Assembly: GCA_018065225.1 (NCBI GenBank)
Contig: JAGHTS010000213.1
Location: 1-45,318 of the forward strand
Direction of reading: 5' to 3'
Length of the DNA stretch: 45,318 bases
Source: Candidatus Phascolarctobacterium caballi
GTDB taxonomy: Bacteria; Bacillota; Negativicutes; Acidaminococcales; Acidaminococcaceae
The translations under genes and the position numbers were made by a program. Positions 1 through 8,730 of the stretch are shown here, piece after piece. The first letter of the stretch is position 1. Each line of letters begins with the position of its first letter. Under the pieces are notes generated by a model that saw nothing but the letters and a program-made list of their open reading frames with translations, had not been told where the DNA came from and made no database searches.

Positions 1-80
1 ACGCCCAAACGTTCCGTAGGCGCAAAAATATTTTTTTCACTTCCGCTTCCGGGCGCAGTAAAAAGAAAGGGGGTGCGGTA

Positions 81-578
81 TTGAAAGTATACACGGTGGC
101 AGCAGTTGCAAAGTGGCTTGACCTATCAGAACGAAGAGTGCGGCAGCTGCGGGACCAGAAAATAATATCAGAAGTCAGACCGGGTATGTTTGATTTGAAG
201 ACCGTTACCCAGCAATATATAAATTACCTGCGCCGGGATAGTTCAGACGAGGAAAGCACGATTGACTATAACGCAGAACGTGCAAAGTTGGTGCGTGCAA
301 AGCGGGAAAGTCAAGAACTGGAATTGCAGGTGCGAAAAAACGAACTACACACAACGGAAGACATTGAACAAGTATTGACAGATACTTTAATAAAATTCAA
401 AACAAGGCTTATGGCTATTCCGGCAAAGCAAAGCCCTATTTTAGCAAAGAAAAAAGACCAAGCAGAAATATTCAAATTGCTAAAAGCAAGCATTGATGAA
501 GCGCTGGAAGAATTGGCAGACTTCCAGACAATGTTTGGGGAAAGTGAAGACGGAGAGAATGAACAAGAACACAGCTGA
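81..578 (+). CDS. Small-terminase-like DNA-binding protein (lambda Nu1-type)
   Basis: TTG start after a purine-rich SD. N-terminal HTH-like 'VAAVAKWLDLSERRVRQLRDQKII' and a helical, charged C-half. It overlaps the start of the GpA-type large terminase. Confidence 0.6.
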   Translation: MKVYTVAAVAKWLDLSERRVRQLRDQKIISEVRPGMFDLKTVTQQYINYLRRDSSDEESTIDYNAERAKLVRAKRESQELELQVRKNELHTTEDIEQVLTDTLIKFKTRLMAIPAKQSPILAKKKDQAEIFKLLKASIDEALEELADFQTMFGESEDGENEQEHS

Positions 579-2397
579 AATGTTCGTGCGGATATTCAAA
601 ACGCTGGAACCGCCGCCGGACTTGAAACTGTCTGAATGGGCTGACAAATACCGTCAGTTATCAAGCGAAGCGTCAGCAGAGCCGGGACGCTGGAAGACAG
701 CAAAAGCACCATATCAAAAAGAGATAATGGACGCCATAACGGATATATCAATAAAAAAAGTGGTTGTAATGTCAGCTGCGCAAGTTGGAAAGACAGACGC
801 AATGATATTGAACCCTATTGGATATTACATACACTATGAACCGTCACCAATTATGGTGCTGCAACCTACAATACAGATGGCAGAAGCGTTCAGCAAAGAC
901 CGTCTATCACCTATGCTGCGTGATACAACAGTATTAACAGAAAGGGTGAACGACAAGAGCCGGAATAGCGGAAACACAATATTGCAAAAGATATTTCCGG
1001 GCGGTCATGTAACAATGGTTGGAGCAAACAGCCCGTCAAGCCTTGCGTCACGCCCAATACGTGTACTGCTTGCGGACGAAATAGACAGATACCCAGCAAC
1101 GGCGGGGAGTGAGGGCGACCCACTGTTTTTGGCTGCAAAAAGACTGACTACATTTTGGAACAGAAAAGAAGTTGACGTATCAACGCCGACAATCAAAGGA
1201 CTATCGAGAATTGAAGTAGAATATGAAAACAGCAGCCGGGGAGAATGGAACACGCCTTGCCCGTGCTGCGGAGAACTGCAACCGCTTACATGGTCCGGGA
1301 TAGTATTTGAAAAAGACGACTTATCAGAAATCAAATACGCGTGCTGCAAATGCGGTGTAATATCAAGTGAAGTGGAATGGAAAGAAAGATTTATTGACGG
1401 TTGTTTTGTTCACGAAGACCCAGAAAACCCAGTGCGGGGCTTTCACTTAAACACACTTGCGTCAACATTGGCAACATGGCGTGAAGTGGTAGAAAAATTC
1501 TTGATTGCAAATGAAGAGAAGAAAAAAGGCAATATAGAATTGATGAAAGTATGGACAAATACAGAACTTGGGGAAACATGGGAAGAAGAGGGGGAACAGC
1601 TGGAAGACGAAGACTTGATGAAACGCCGGGAAAAATACAACTGCGAAGTACCAGACGACGTGTTGTATCTTACGGCTGGCGTAGATACGCAGGACGACAG
1701 ATTTGAAATTGAGGTTGTGGGCTGGGGTCCAGAATATGAAAGCTGGGGCATAAGGTATGCAGCTATATACGGCGACAATTCAGACATAAACAATCAAGTC
1801 TGGAAAGACCTTGACGCATTCTTACAACAGACATGGGAGAAACCAGACGGAACAAAACTAAAAATAGCCTGCACCTGCATTGATAGTGGAGGACACAGAA
1901 CAAACCAAGTGTACAAATTCTGCAAAAGCAGATTTGCAAGAAGAGTTTTTGCAATAAAAGGTTCAAACGACAGTGCAGCTGCATACATTCAGAAACCAAC
2001 AAAGAGCAACAGAGAGGGAACGTATCTTTTCACCATTGGAGTTGATACGGGCAAAAGCTGGCTTATGGACAGACTGAAAGTAGAAGAAGAGGGACCCGGA
2101 TATTGCCATTTTCCAAAAGAAGACGGCAAAGGGTATGACGAAAAGTATTTCAAAGGCTTAACGTCAGAAAAGAAAGTATTGCGTTATAAGATGGGAAGAC
2201 CATATTTTGCATGGGAATTGAAAGACAAAGGCGAACACAAGCGAAATGAAGCGCTTGACTGCCGGAATTACGCCACGGCAGCAATAGAAATAATCAATGT
2301 ACCACTAAAAAAACCAAAAACAAAGAATGAAACTGCGCCGCAGGTTACAAAGAAGCCAGCAAAGAGGGGCAGGAGAAGAAGCGGAGGTATTATATAA
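559..2397 (+). CDS. terL: Terminase large subunit (lambda GpA family)
   Basis: 'SAAQVGKTD' Walker-A-like motif, 'VLLADEIDRYP' Walker-B-like motif and Cys cluster 'CPCCG..CCKCG'. The ORF-track start at 493 looks like an upstream extension; ATG 559 (or 580) is more likely. Confidence 0.9.
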   Translation: MNKNTAEMFVRIFKTLEPPPDLKLSEWADKYRQLSSEASAEPGRWKTAKAPYQKEIMDAITDISIKKVVVMSAAQVGKTDAMILNPIGYYIHYEPSPIMVLQPTIQMAEAFSKDRLSPMLRDTTVLTERVNDKSRNSGNTILQKIFPGGHVTMVGANSPSSLASRPIRVLLADEIDRYPATAGSEGDPLFLAAKRLTTFWNRKEVDVSTPTIKGLSRIEVEYENSSRGEWNTPCPCCGELQPLTWSGIVFEKDDLSEIKYACCKCGVISSEVEWKERFIDGCFVHEDPENPVRGFHLNTLASTLATWREVVEKFLIANEEKKKGNIELMKVWTNTELGETWEEEGEQLEDEDLMKRREKYNCEVPDDVLYLTAGVDTQDDRFEIEVVGWGPEYESWGIRYAAIYGDNSDINNQVWKDLDAFLQQTWEKPDGTKLKIACTCIDSGGHRTNQVYKFCKSRFARRVFAIKGSNDSAAAYIQKPTKSNREGTYLFTIGVDTGKSWLMDRLKVEEEGPGYCHFPKEDGKGYDEKYFKGLTSEKKVLRYKMGRPYFAWELKDKGEHKRNEALDCRNYATAAIEIINVPLKKPKTKNETAPQVTKKPAKRGRRRSGGII

Positions 2398-2633
2398 TGG
2401 CAGGAATTACACTTGAAACAGCACAAAAGCACCTTGACGCATGGCTTGAAGCTGAAATGGCAGTGACAAACGCACAGTCATACACTATCGGAAGCAGGAC
2501 CATGACAAAAGCAAATCTAACAGAGATTAGAAATGCGATTGAATACTGGCAAGGGAAAGTTAGTGCGCTTGAAAATGCACAGAAATACGGCGGCAGAAAC
2601 CGTGTGCGGCGTGTTGTGCCACGTGATTTGTAG
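2397..2633 (+). CDS. Head-tail joining protein (gpW-like)
   Basis: 78 aa, ATG overlaps the terL stop (TAATG). Its size and position between terminase and portal match lambda W. Confidence 0.55.
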   Translation: MAGITLETAQKHLDAWLEAEMAVTNAQSYTIGSRTMTKANLTEIRNAIEYWQGKVSALENAQKYGGRNRVRRVVPRDL

Positions 2634-2733
2634 AAAGATTGCCCGCTATTGCCCGTTTTAACGGTTTATTTCCCCCTATTTCCCGCAAAAAAGGGGTAAT
2701 ATTATAGCGTGGACAAATAGAAAAGACCCAAAA

Positions 2734-2757
2734 GCACCCGTAAAACGGTGCTTTTTT
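2734..2757 (+). terminator. Weak intrinsic-terminator-like hairpin in the gpW-portal gap
   Basis: Stem 'gcacc' / 'ggtgc' with an 8-nt loop, followed by T6. Confidence 0.35.
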
Positions 2758-2781
2758 CATGCAATAAAAGGAGGTGAAGAC

Positions 2782-4344
2782 GTGGGAATTGCAGCGGGAA
2801 TTGATAAAGCAATCGGAGTTATCGCACCGCAAATGGCATTGAAAAGAGTTGTTGCAAGACAACAGATGGCAATATTAAATAGCGGTTACAGCAATTATGG
2901 CGCAAGTACAACGAAAAAGTCACTTGCAGGCTGGCTCCACGCTGGCGGCAGCAGTCGTGAAGATATAGAAAACAATGTGTCAACACTACGCCAGAGAACC
3001 CGTGATTTATATATGGGCGTACCAATAGCAAACGGAGCAGTAAAAACCATGCGGACCAATGTTGTTGGACGTGGGCTGCACTTAAAACCAGATATTGACG
3101 CAGAAGCACTGGGACTATCGCCAGAAGAGAAACAAGCGCTTGAAAAGCAGATAGAAAGAGAATGGAGCATTTGGGCAGAAACGCCAGATTGCGACATGAC
3201 AAGAATTGATAATTTCTATGAGTTACAGCAGTTGGCATTTATTAACTGGCTTGTATCTGGTGACTGTTTGGCGGTTTTGCCAGTAAAAGAAAGAATAAAC
3301 CAGCCGTATGATTTGAGAGTACAGCTGATAGAAGCTGACAGACTATGCAGCCCGGACGAATGCGACACATTAGACGGAACCATTGTGGGCGGTGTTGAAT
3401 GCGACAAAAGCGGCGAAGTAATAGCGTACCATATTGCAAACCACCACCCATTATCATATACCAATACAGATATTAGCTGGCAGAGAGTTGAAGCATACGG
3501 AGCAAAAACGGGCAGAAGAAATGTGCTGCATTTGATGAACCGTGAGCGAATAGGACAACGCAGGGGCGTTCCGTTCCTTGCACCAGTCATTGAAAGTTTG
3601 AAACAGCTTGGAAGATACACTGACGCAGAACTTGTGGCAGCTGTAATTTCTGGTATGTTCACTGTCTTTATTGAAAAGGCAGACGGCAGCAGTGACGACG
3701 CAATAGGTTCAATGATACCAGACGAAGAGCAGGTGGACGCAGACGACGAAACAAGCATTGAACTTGCACCGGGCGCAGTTATCGACTTGAACGAGGGAGA
3801 AAAGGCACACGACACGAACCCCGGACGTCCGAATGCAAATTTTGGCGGCTTTGTGGAAGCTATATGCCAGCAAATAGGCGCTTCACTTGAAATACCGTAT
3901 GAATTGCTTATGAAACGCTTTAACGCCAGTTATTCAGCCAGCAAAGGCGCATTGGAAGAAGCGTGGAAAATGTTTGTAATGTATCGTGATTGGTTAGCAA
4001 CAGACTTTTGCCAGCCAATATATGAAGAGTGGCTGACAGAAGCGGTTGCAAAAAGAAGAATTATTGCACCGGGATATTTTACAGACCCAGCAATAAAAAA
4101 AGCATATAGCAAAGCAAAGTGGAATGGTCCGGCAAGAGGAATGCTTGACCCAGTAAAAGAGGTTACAGCAGCAGAAAAGAGAGTGCAAAACGGTTTTAGC
4201 ACCAGAAGTGATGAAGCAATGCAAATGACGGGCACTGACTTTTACGCAAATGTAGCGCAGTTGAAACATGAAGAAAAAGAAATGAAAGAGGTGAAACAAG
4301 TTGCCAACAGCAGACCAGAACAAACAGCAGCCGCAGCAAAGTAA
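2782..4344 (+). CDS. Portal protein (lambda-type family)
   Basis: GTG start after AAGGAGGTG. N-terminal 'NSGYSNYGASTTKKSLAGWLHAGGSSREDIE..LRQRTRDLY' resembles lambda-family portals. Confidence 0.85.
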   Translation: MGIAAGIDKAIGVIAPQMALKRVVARQQMAILNSGYSNYGASTTKKSLAGWLHAGGSSREDIENNVSTLRQRTRDLYMGVPIANGAVKTMRTNVVGRGLHLKPDIDAEALGLSPEEKQALEKQIEREWSIWAETPDCDMTRIDNFYELQQLAFINWLVSGDCLAVLPVKERINQPYDLRVQLIEADRLCSPDECDTLDGTIVGGVECDKSGEVIAYHIANHHPLSYTNTDISWQRVEAYGAKTGRRNVLHLMNRERIGQRRGVPFLAPVIESLKQLGRYTDAELVAAVISGMFTVFIEKADGSSDDAIGSMIPDEEQVDADDETSIELAPGAVIDLNEGEKAHDTNPGRPNANFGGFVEAICQQIGASLEIPYELLMKRFNASYSASKGALEEAWKMFVMYRDWLATDFCQPIYEEWLTEAVAKRRIIAPGYFTDPAIKKAYSKAKWNGPARGMLDPVKEVTAAEKRVQNGFSTRSDEAMQMTGTDFYANVAQLKHEEKEMKEVKQVANSRPEQTAAAAK

Positions 4345-5485
4345 AGCAAGCGGCAACCCATTTGGAGTGACAGAAAACAAATTCTGGAACTTCATACCAG
4401 CAACGGGGGAGAAACCCCCAGAATTATTGCTCTATGGAGCAATCAGCAGCCAGCAGTCTTGGTGGGAAGATAGAGTGACACCACAGCAGTTCAATCAAGA
4501 ACTTGCAGCGCTTGGAGAGGTGCCAGAAATCATAGTGAGAATTAACAGTGGCGGCGGTGATGTGTTTGCAGCAAATGCAATTTTCACAAGATTAAAGGAC
4601 TGTTCAGCGAAAATCACAGTCAAGATTGATGGTTGGGCAGCGTCGGCAGCCACTATTATTGCAATGGCTGGTGACAGTATAAAGATTGCGAGAAATGGCG
4701 TGTTTATGATACACGACCCGGCAATGACAGTATGGGACACATTCAGAGCAGAAGACTTCTTGAAAATGGCTGATGAACTGAAAGTGATTAAACAATCAAT
4801 CGTAAACACATACGCAATGAAGACTGGAAGACAGACAGAAGACATTGAACAGCTTATGTCAAATGAAACGTGGTGGACGGGCGAAAGCGCAGTTGAAAAC
4901 GGCTTTTGTGATGAATTGATGTTTGAAGAAAGCAGCACAGTTGTTGAAAATTCTTCAAAAATAGTGGTCAATTCGGTGCCTATTGATGTTTCAATGTTCC
5001 AGACAGTACCAAAACAGTTATTAAACAGCCCGCACAATCCGGGTAGTTTGATAAATAGTGCAACAAAACCCATTAACAAGCCAAAAGAAGAAAAGGAGGA
5101 AACAAAGATGGGAGAACCACAGAACAGCATTACTACGGTTGACGCACTAAAAGCCGCATACCCGGATTTAGTAGCGACAATCCAGAAAGAAGCAACAGAC
5201 GCAGAGCGTGCGAGAATTAAAGGTATTAAAGACCTTGCAGGCGGCAACTATGACGCTATCGCAACGGACGCTATGTTTGAACACCCTATCACAGCAGAAC
5301 AAATGGCAGTGAAGATTGTTGCAGAGCAGAACAAGCAGGGTGGAACATACATTGCAGACCGTGCAGCTGACGCAAGCGCTTCTGGTGCAAATGGAGTAGC
5401 TGGAACAGCAGGAGAAGCAGCAAGCGACGGAGAAAAGAACGTGTTTGACGCAGCTATTGACAAGTTGTTTCCAGACGTAGAGTAA
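4301..5485 (+). CDS. Prohead protease (ClpP/S49-like) fused to a C-terminal scaffold-like region
   Basis: TTG start after GAGGTG. 'RINSGGGDVFAANAIFTRLKD..DGWAASAATIIAMAGD..FMIHDP' is ClpP/S49-like. The C-terminal third is Ala/Glu-rich and helical. Confidence 0.75.
   Translation: MPTADQNKQQPQQSKASGNPFGVTENKFWNFIPATGEKPPELLLYGAISSQQSWWEDRVTPQQFNQELAALGEVPEIIVRINSGGGDVFAANAIFTRLKDCSAKITVKIDGWAASAATIIAMAGDSIKIARNGVFMIHDPAMTVWDTFRAEDFLKMADELKVIKQSIVNTYAMKTGRQTEDIEQLMSNETWWTGESAVENGFCDELMFEESSTVVENSSKIVVNSVPIDVSMFQTVPKQLLNSPHNPGSLINSATKPINKPKEEKEETKMGEPQNSITTVDALKAAYPDLVATIQKEATDAERARIKGIKDLAGGNYDAIATDAMFEHPITAEQMAVKIVAEQNKQGGTYIADRAADASASGANGVAGTAGEAASDGEKNVFDAAIDKLFPDVE
5108..5485 (+). CDS. Possible nested in-frame scaffold protein (lambda C/Nu3-style)
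   Basis: In-frame ATG at 5108 lies 7 nt after a strong internal AAGGAGG (5094-5100) within the protease gene. Confidence 0.35.
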   Translation: MGEPQNSITTVDALKAAYPDLVATIQKEATDAERARIKGIKDLAGGNYDAIATDAMFEHPITAEQMAVKIVAEQNKQGGTYIADRAADASASGANGVAGTAGEAASDGEKNVFDAAIDKLFPDVE

Positions 5486-5504
5486 GAAAAGGAGGAAAGA
5501 AACA

Positions 5505-5852
5505 ATGAGTGAATATGCAGTAGAAACAAGAAGCACTACACCAAAGAACTTTTTTGCTGGTGAATTTCCTATTGTTCCAGAAACCGGGACAGCAGGCGCA
5601 GCAGTGCCAGAGTATGCACCAGTAACAACAAATGAAAGCGGAAATATCGTGCCTATCACAAAGGGCAGCGGCAGTTCAGCAGACGCAGCGGCAAAGATTA
5701 TTGGCATTTCAGCTGCGGCAGCAGGAAATGGCGAACCAGTAACATATTATATGACTGGTGAATTTTTCGCAGACGCAATCAACGTGCCAGAGGGCATTGA
5801 ACTTGCGGACGTAAAAGCAGCGTGCCGCAAAATCTCAATCTTTTTGAAGTAA
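5505..5852 (+). CDS. Head decoration protein (gpD-like)
   Basis: 115 aa directly upstream of the major capsid gene. Gly/Ala-rich, with 'NFFAGEFPIV' near the N-terminus. Confidence 0.5.
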   Translation: MSEYAVETRSTTPKNFFAGEFPIVPETGTAGAAVPEYAPVTTNESGNIVPITKGSGSSADAAAKIIGISAAAAGNGEPVTYYMTGEFFADAINVPEGIELADVKAACRKISIFLK

Positions 5853-5873
5853 CGACAAGGAGGATATAAAGAA

Positions 5874-6929
5874 ATGGCAAATGAAGTATCTATTTACGAA
5901 CCACGCACAATGGGCAGAGTTGTTCAGAAGTTGCCGCCAGTGCGTACATTTTTTAGAAGTACATTTTTCAGACACGAAGAAACATTCGTGACAAAGAGTG
6001 TTGATGTTGATTTTAGAAAGGGCAGCAGAAAGGTTGCACCTTACGTAAGCCGCCTTATCGGTGGAAAGGTAGTGCCTAACACTGGATATGAAACAAAGAC
6101 ATATACACCACCGCTTGTAGCACCAGAAAAAGTGACAACGGTTGACGACCTTTTAACAAGACGTCCGGGTGAAAGTATTTATTCTGGTAGAACGCCTGCT
6201 GAACGTGCGGTGCTTAAAATGTCAGACGACTTCAACGAATTACGTGAGCAGATTACAAGACGTGAAGAGTTGATGTGTGCGCAGGCAATATTCACTGGTA
6301 AAATTCCTATTATCGGTGACGGAGTAAATGAAGAGATTGACTTTCAGTTTACCAACAAAGAAACAATCAGCACAGCAACAAAGAAGTGGACAAACGCTGC
6401 TTCTGACCCTATCGCAGATTTGAAGCGTTGGCATGAAACTGTCCAGAAGAAAGGTTTTGTAAATTGCGATATTTGCGTTATGGGCGCAGATGTTGTAAAC
6501 GCATTTGTAAACCATGAGAAAGTACAGAAAATGCTTGATGTGAAGAATTACAATCTTGCAGTTATCCAGCCAAAGCAGCTTCCAAACGGCGTGACTTACA
6601 TTGGAACCATTCACGAACTTGGTCTTGATATTTACAAGTACAATGAATGGTATCTTGACGACTGGACCAATCCAGAGCAGCCAGAGGATAAGCCACTTGT
6701 ACCAGTAAACAGCCTTGCACTTTTAAGCACAAGCGCAGACTATTCAATGTATTACGGCGCTATCACCTTAATTGAGGAACCAAACGGAAACTTCCGCACC
6801 GTTGAGGGAAAATATGTGCCGGACACTTGGACAAAGAGAAAGCCAGCAAGAAGATTTTTGAACTTATCTTCTGCGCCTTTATGCGTACCACATGACGTGG
6901 ATAGCTGGTTTGTCGCAGTGCCTATCTAA
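5874..6929 (+). CDS. Major capsid protein (lambda gpE family)
   Basis: 'YEPRTMGRVVQKLPPVRTFFRSTFF..VDVDFRKGSRKVAPYVS' matches the N-terminal pattern of gpE-type capsid proteins. Position follows the decoration gene. Confidence 0.8.
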   Translation: MANEVSIYEPRTMGRVVQKLPPVRTFFRSTFFRHEETFVTKSVDVDFRKGSRKVAPYVSRLIGGKVVPNTGYETKTYTPPLVAPEKVTTVDDLLTRRPGESIYSGRTPAERAVLKMSDDFNELREQITRREELMCAQAIFTGKIPIIGDGVNEEIDFQFTNKETISTATKKWTNAASDPIADLKRWHETVQKKGFVNCDICVMGADVVNAFVNHEKVQKMLDVKNYNLAVIQPKQLPNGVTYIGTIHELGLDIYKYNEWYLDDWTNPEQPEDKPLVPVNSLALLSTSADYSMYYGAITLIEEPNGNFRTVEGKYVPDTWTKRKPARRFLNLSSAPLCVPHDVDSWFVAVPI

Positions 6930-7273
6930 TGGACTTCAAAGCGCAAATTGCCAGTGACATGAAAGTGTTTCACAACTGCGGAGAAATGGCAACAATGACC
7001 GATATTTGGTATCAAGGCAAGCAATATTATATTCCGATAATCATTGACCACACGGCAGCCGACGAACGGAAAAGGAAAGAGGGGGACAATGCAGAGGGAC
7101 TGTATATTGCTTCTTGCCTTGTGTATATATCACAATACGACTTGGGCTTTGTGCCTAAAAAGGGCAGAGAAATTGAGATTGACGAAGCCGGGGCGGTCAA
7201 TATGTACCGTATAACAAAAGCAGATTGCGAAGACGGGGAAATTATTCTTGAATTGGAGATGGTAGACGAATGA
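6929..7273 (+). CDS. Hypothetical protein (head completion/connector by position)
   Basis: ATG overlaps the capsid gene stop; translationally coupled within the head block. Confidence 0.45.
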   Translation: MDFKAQIASDMKVFHNCGEMATMTDIWYQGKQYYIPIIIDHTAADERKRKEGDNAEGLYIASCLVYISQYDLGFVPKKGREIEIDEAGAVNMYRITKADCEDGEIILELEMVDE

Positions 7274-7830
7274 TAGAAATAACGTCCGACACAATAGAAA
7301 GAGTAACAACCTTGCTGGCAGACGTTCCAAAGGGTGCGGAAAGAGTGTTTGCAAATGCCATGAACCGTGGTATTTCAAGAGTGAAGACGCAGGCTTTGAA
7401 GAGAACAAAGCAAGTCTACACGGTAAACAACAGCGCATTGACAGCAAATACAGCAATGAAAATAAGCAAAGCCAGCACGGGAAACCTTGCGGGCTTTGTT
7501 TCTTTTGCAGGAACAAAGCTGCCATTGTATCAATTCAAAGTTACACCAACAAAAGCCGGAACGGGAAAGCAGGTGCGGGCAGCGGTCAAAAAAGGCGGCA
7601 GCGGCACACCGTTTGAAGACGCATTTATTGCGGACATGAAGAACGGCACCGGGGTTTATGAAAGACTTACAAGAAACAGACTACCAGTTGAACAGCTGAT
7701 GGGACTTTCAACAGCGCAGATGGTGGGAAGTGATGAAGTCATAGACGGTCTGGAAAAAGAAGTTGAAGAGTTGGTGAATGAAAGAATTGTTCACGAAATG
7801 AACAGAATTTTGAATGGATATGGAGGATAA
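7270..7830 (+). CDS. Hypothetical protein (head-tail connector by position)
   Basis: ATGA overlap with the upstream gene; 186 aa. Confidence 0.45.
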   Translation: MIEITSDTIERVTTLLADVPKGAERVFANAMNRGISRVKTQALKRTKQVYTVNNSALTANTAMKISKASTGNLAGFVSFAGTKLPLYQFKVTPTKAGTGKQVRAAVKKGGSGTPFEDAFIADMKNGTGVYERLTRNRLPVEQLMGLSTAQMVGSDEVIDGLEKEVEELVNERIVHEMNRILNGYGG

Positions 7831-7833
7831 AGC

Positions 7834-8328
7834 ATGACACCAGTATTTTTAATGGACGGGCTGCAAAAATTCATTGCGGAAAAGACGGCAGACATTATAT
7901 TGCCAGTAAGAACCAGAACGGGCAGCAATGAGGTAAAAGAGAGAGCGGCAGCGGTTTACACACACGGGCTGCCAGAAGCGGACGACGCACAACAGAAAGT
8001 GCCATATATCTTGTTGAAATTCTTGACGGGAGTTGATGAAAAGCAGGCAGGAGAACCGGAAGAAAGCAACTGCAAAATAAGAATTATTTTTGCGGTGTAT
8101 TCAGAAGACGGGCAGGCAGGACCGCTGTTGCTGCTTAATTTGATATTGAGAGTTAGAAGCGAACTAAAAAAAGCAGGACTGATAAACGGTCAATTTGCGC
8201 TTGATTTGCCACTTGAATACATAGTGTATCAAGACACGACGCCACCATATTACATGGGCGAAATAATGACAAATTGGAGCATTCCGACAGTGCAAAGAGA
8301 AATTGGGACTGCGTTATTTGATTTTTAA
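7834..8328 (+). CDS. Hypothetical protein (tail completion by position)
   Basis: ATG after GGAGGA SD; 164 aa. Confidence 0.45.
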   Translation: MTPVFLMDGLQKFIAEKTADIILPVRTRTGSNEVKERAAAVYTHGLPEADDAQQKVPYILLKFLTGVDEKQAGEPEESNCKIRIIFAVYSEDGQAGPLLLLNLILRVRSELKKAGLINGQFALDLPLEYIVYQDTTPPYYMGEIMTNWSIPTVQREIGTALFDF

Positions 8329-8346
8329 GAAATGGAGGTATTGAAG

Positions 8347-8727
8347 ATGGCTACAAAGACCACAGCAAACGCCACAGAAGCCGAGAACAAGGCTGAAAAA
8401 GCGCAGGCGGTAGAAAATGCGCCAGAAGCAGAAAAAGCCGTAAATGAAGCAAATACAAACGCAGAAACGGTAAAGCTGGCATACATTGGACCAAACCTGC
8501 CAAAAGCAATGTTACAGTGTAACAAGATTTTTGAGGGAACACAAAAGGAAATTAAAAATGAACTTGCAGGAGTTATTGAAAAATTCCCGCTTGTTGAAAA
8601 AATGCTTGTTCCTATCAGCGAACTTGCAGAGAAAAAAGAAAAAGTAAAGACCGCAGGCAATATTTACAACAAATATTATGCAGATTTAAGCGCTGCACGC
8701 CTTGCGTACTTGGAAAGAGAGGTATAA
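8347..8727 (+). CDS. Hypothetical protein
   Basis: ATG 8347 after GGAGG (8335-8339). Ala/Glu/Lys-rich N-terminus. Confidence 0.45.
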   Translation: MATKTTANATEAENKAEKAQAVENAPEAEKAVNEANTNAETVKLAYIGPNLPKAMLQCNKIFEGTQKEIKNELAGVIEKFPLVEKMLVPISELAEKKEKVKTAGNIYNKYYADLSAARLAYLEREV

Positions 8728-8730
8728 CAA

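Noticed and set aside
493-558. TerL start at 493
   Set aside because: It would overlap the Nu1-like gene by 86 nt in another frame. ATG 559 or 580 near the upstream stop is the more typical coupled arrangement.
4495-5247. 250-aa minus-strand ORF inside the protease-scaffold gene, with similar ones at 3216-3815 and 36273-36926
   Set aside because: These are antisense artefacts of strand compositional bias with low-complexity translations. The sense-strand genes carry recognisable motifs.
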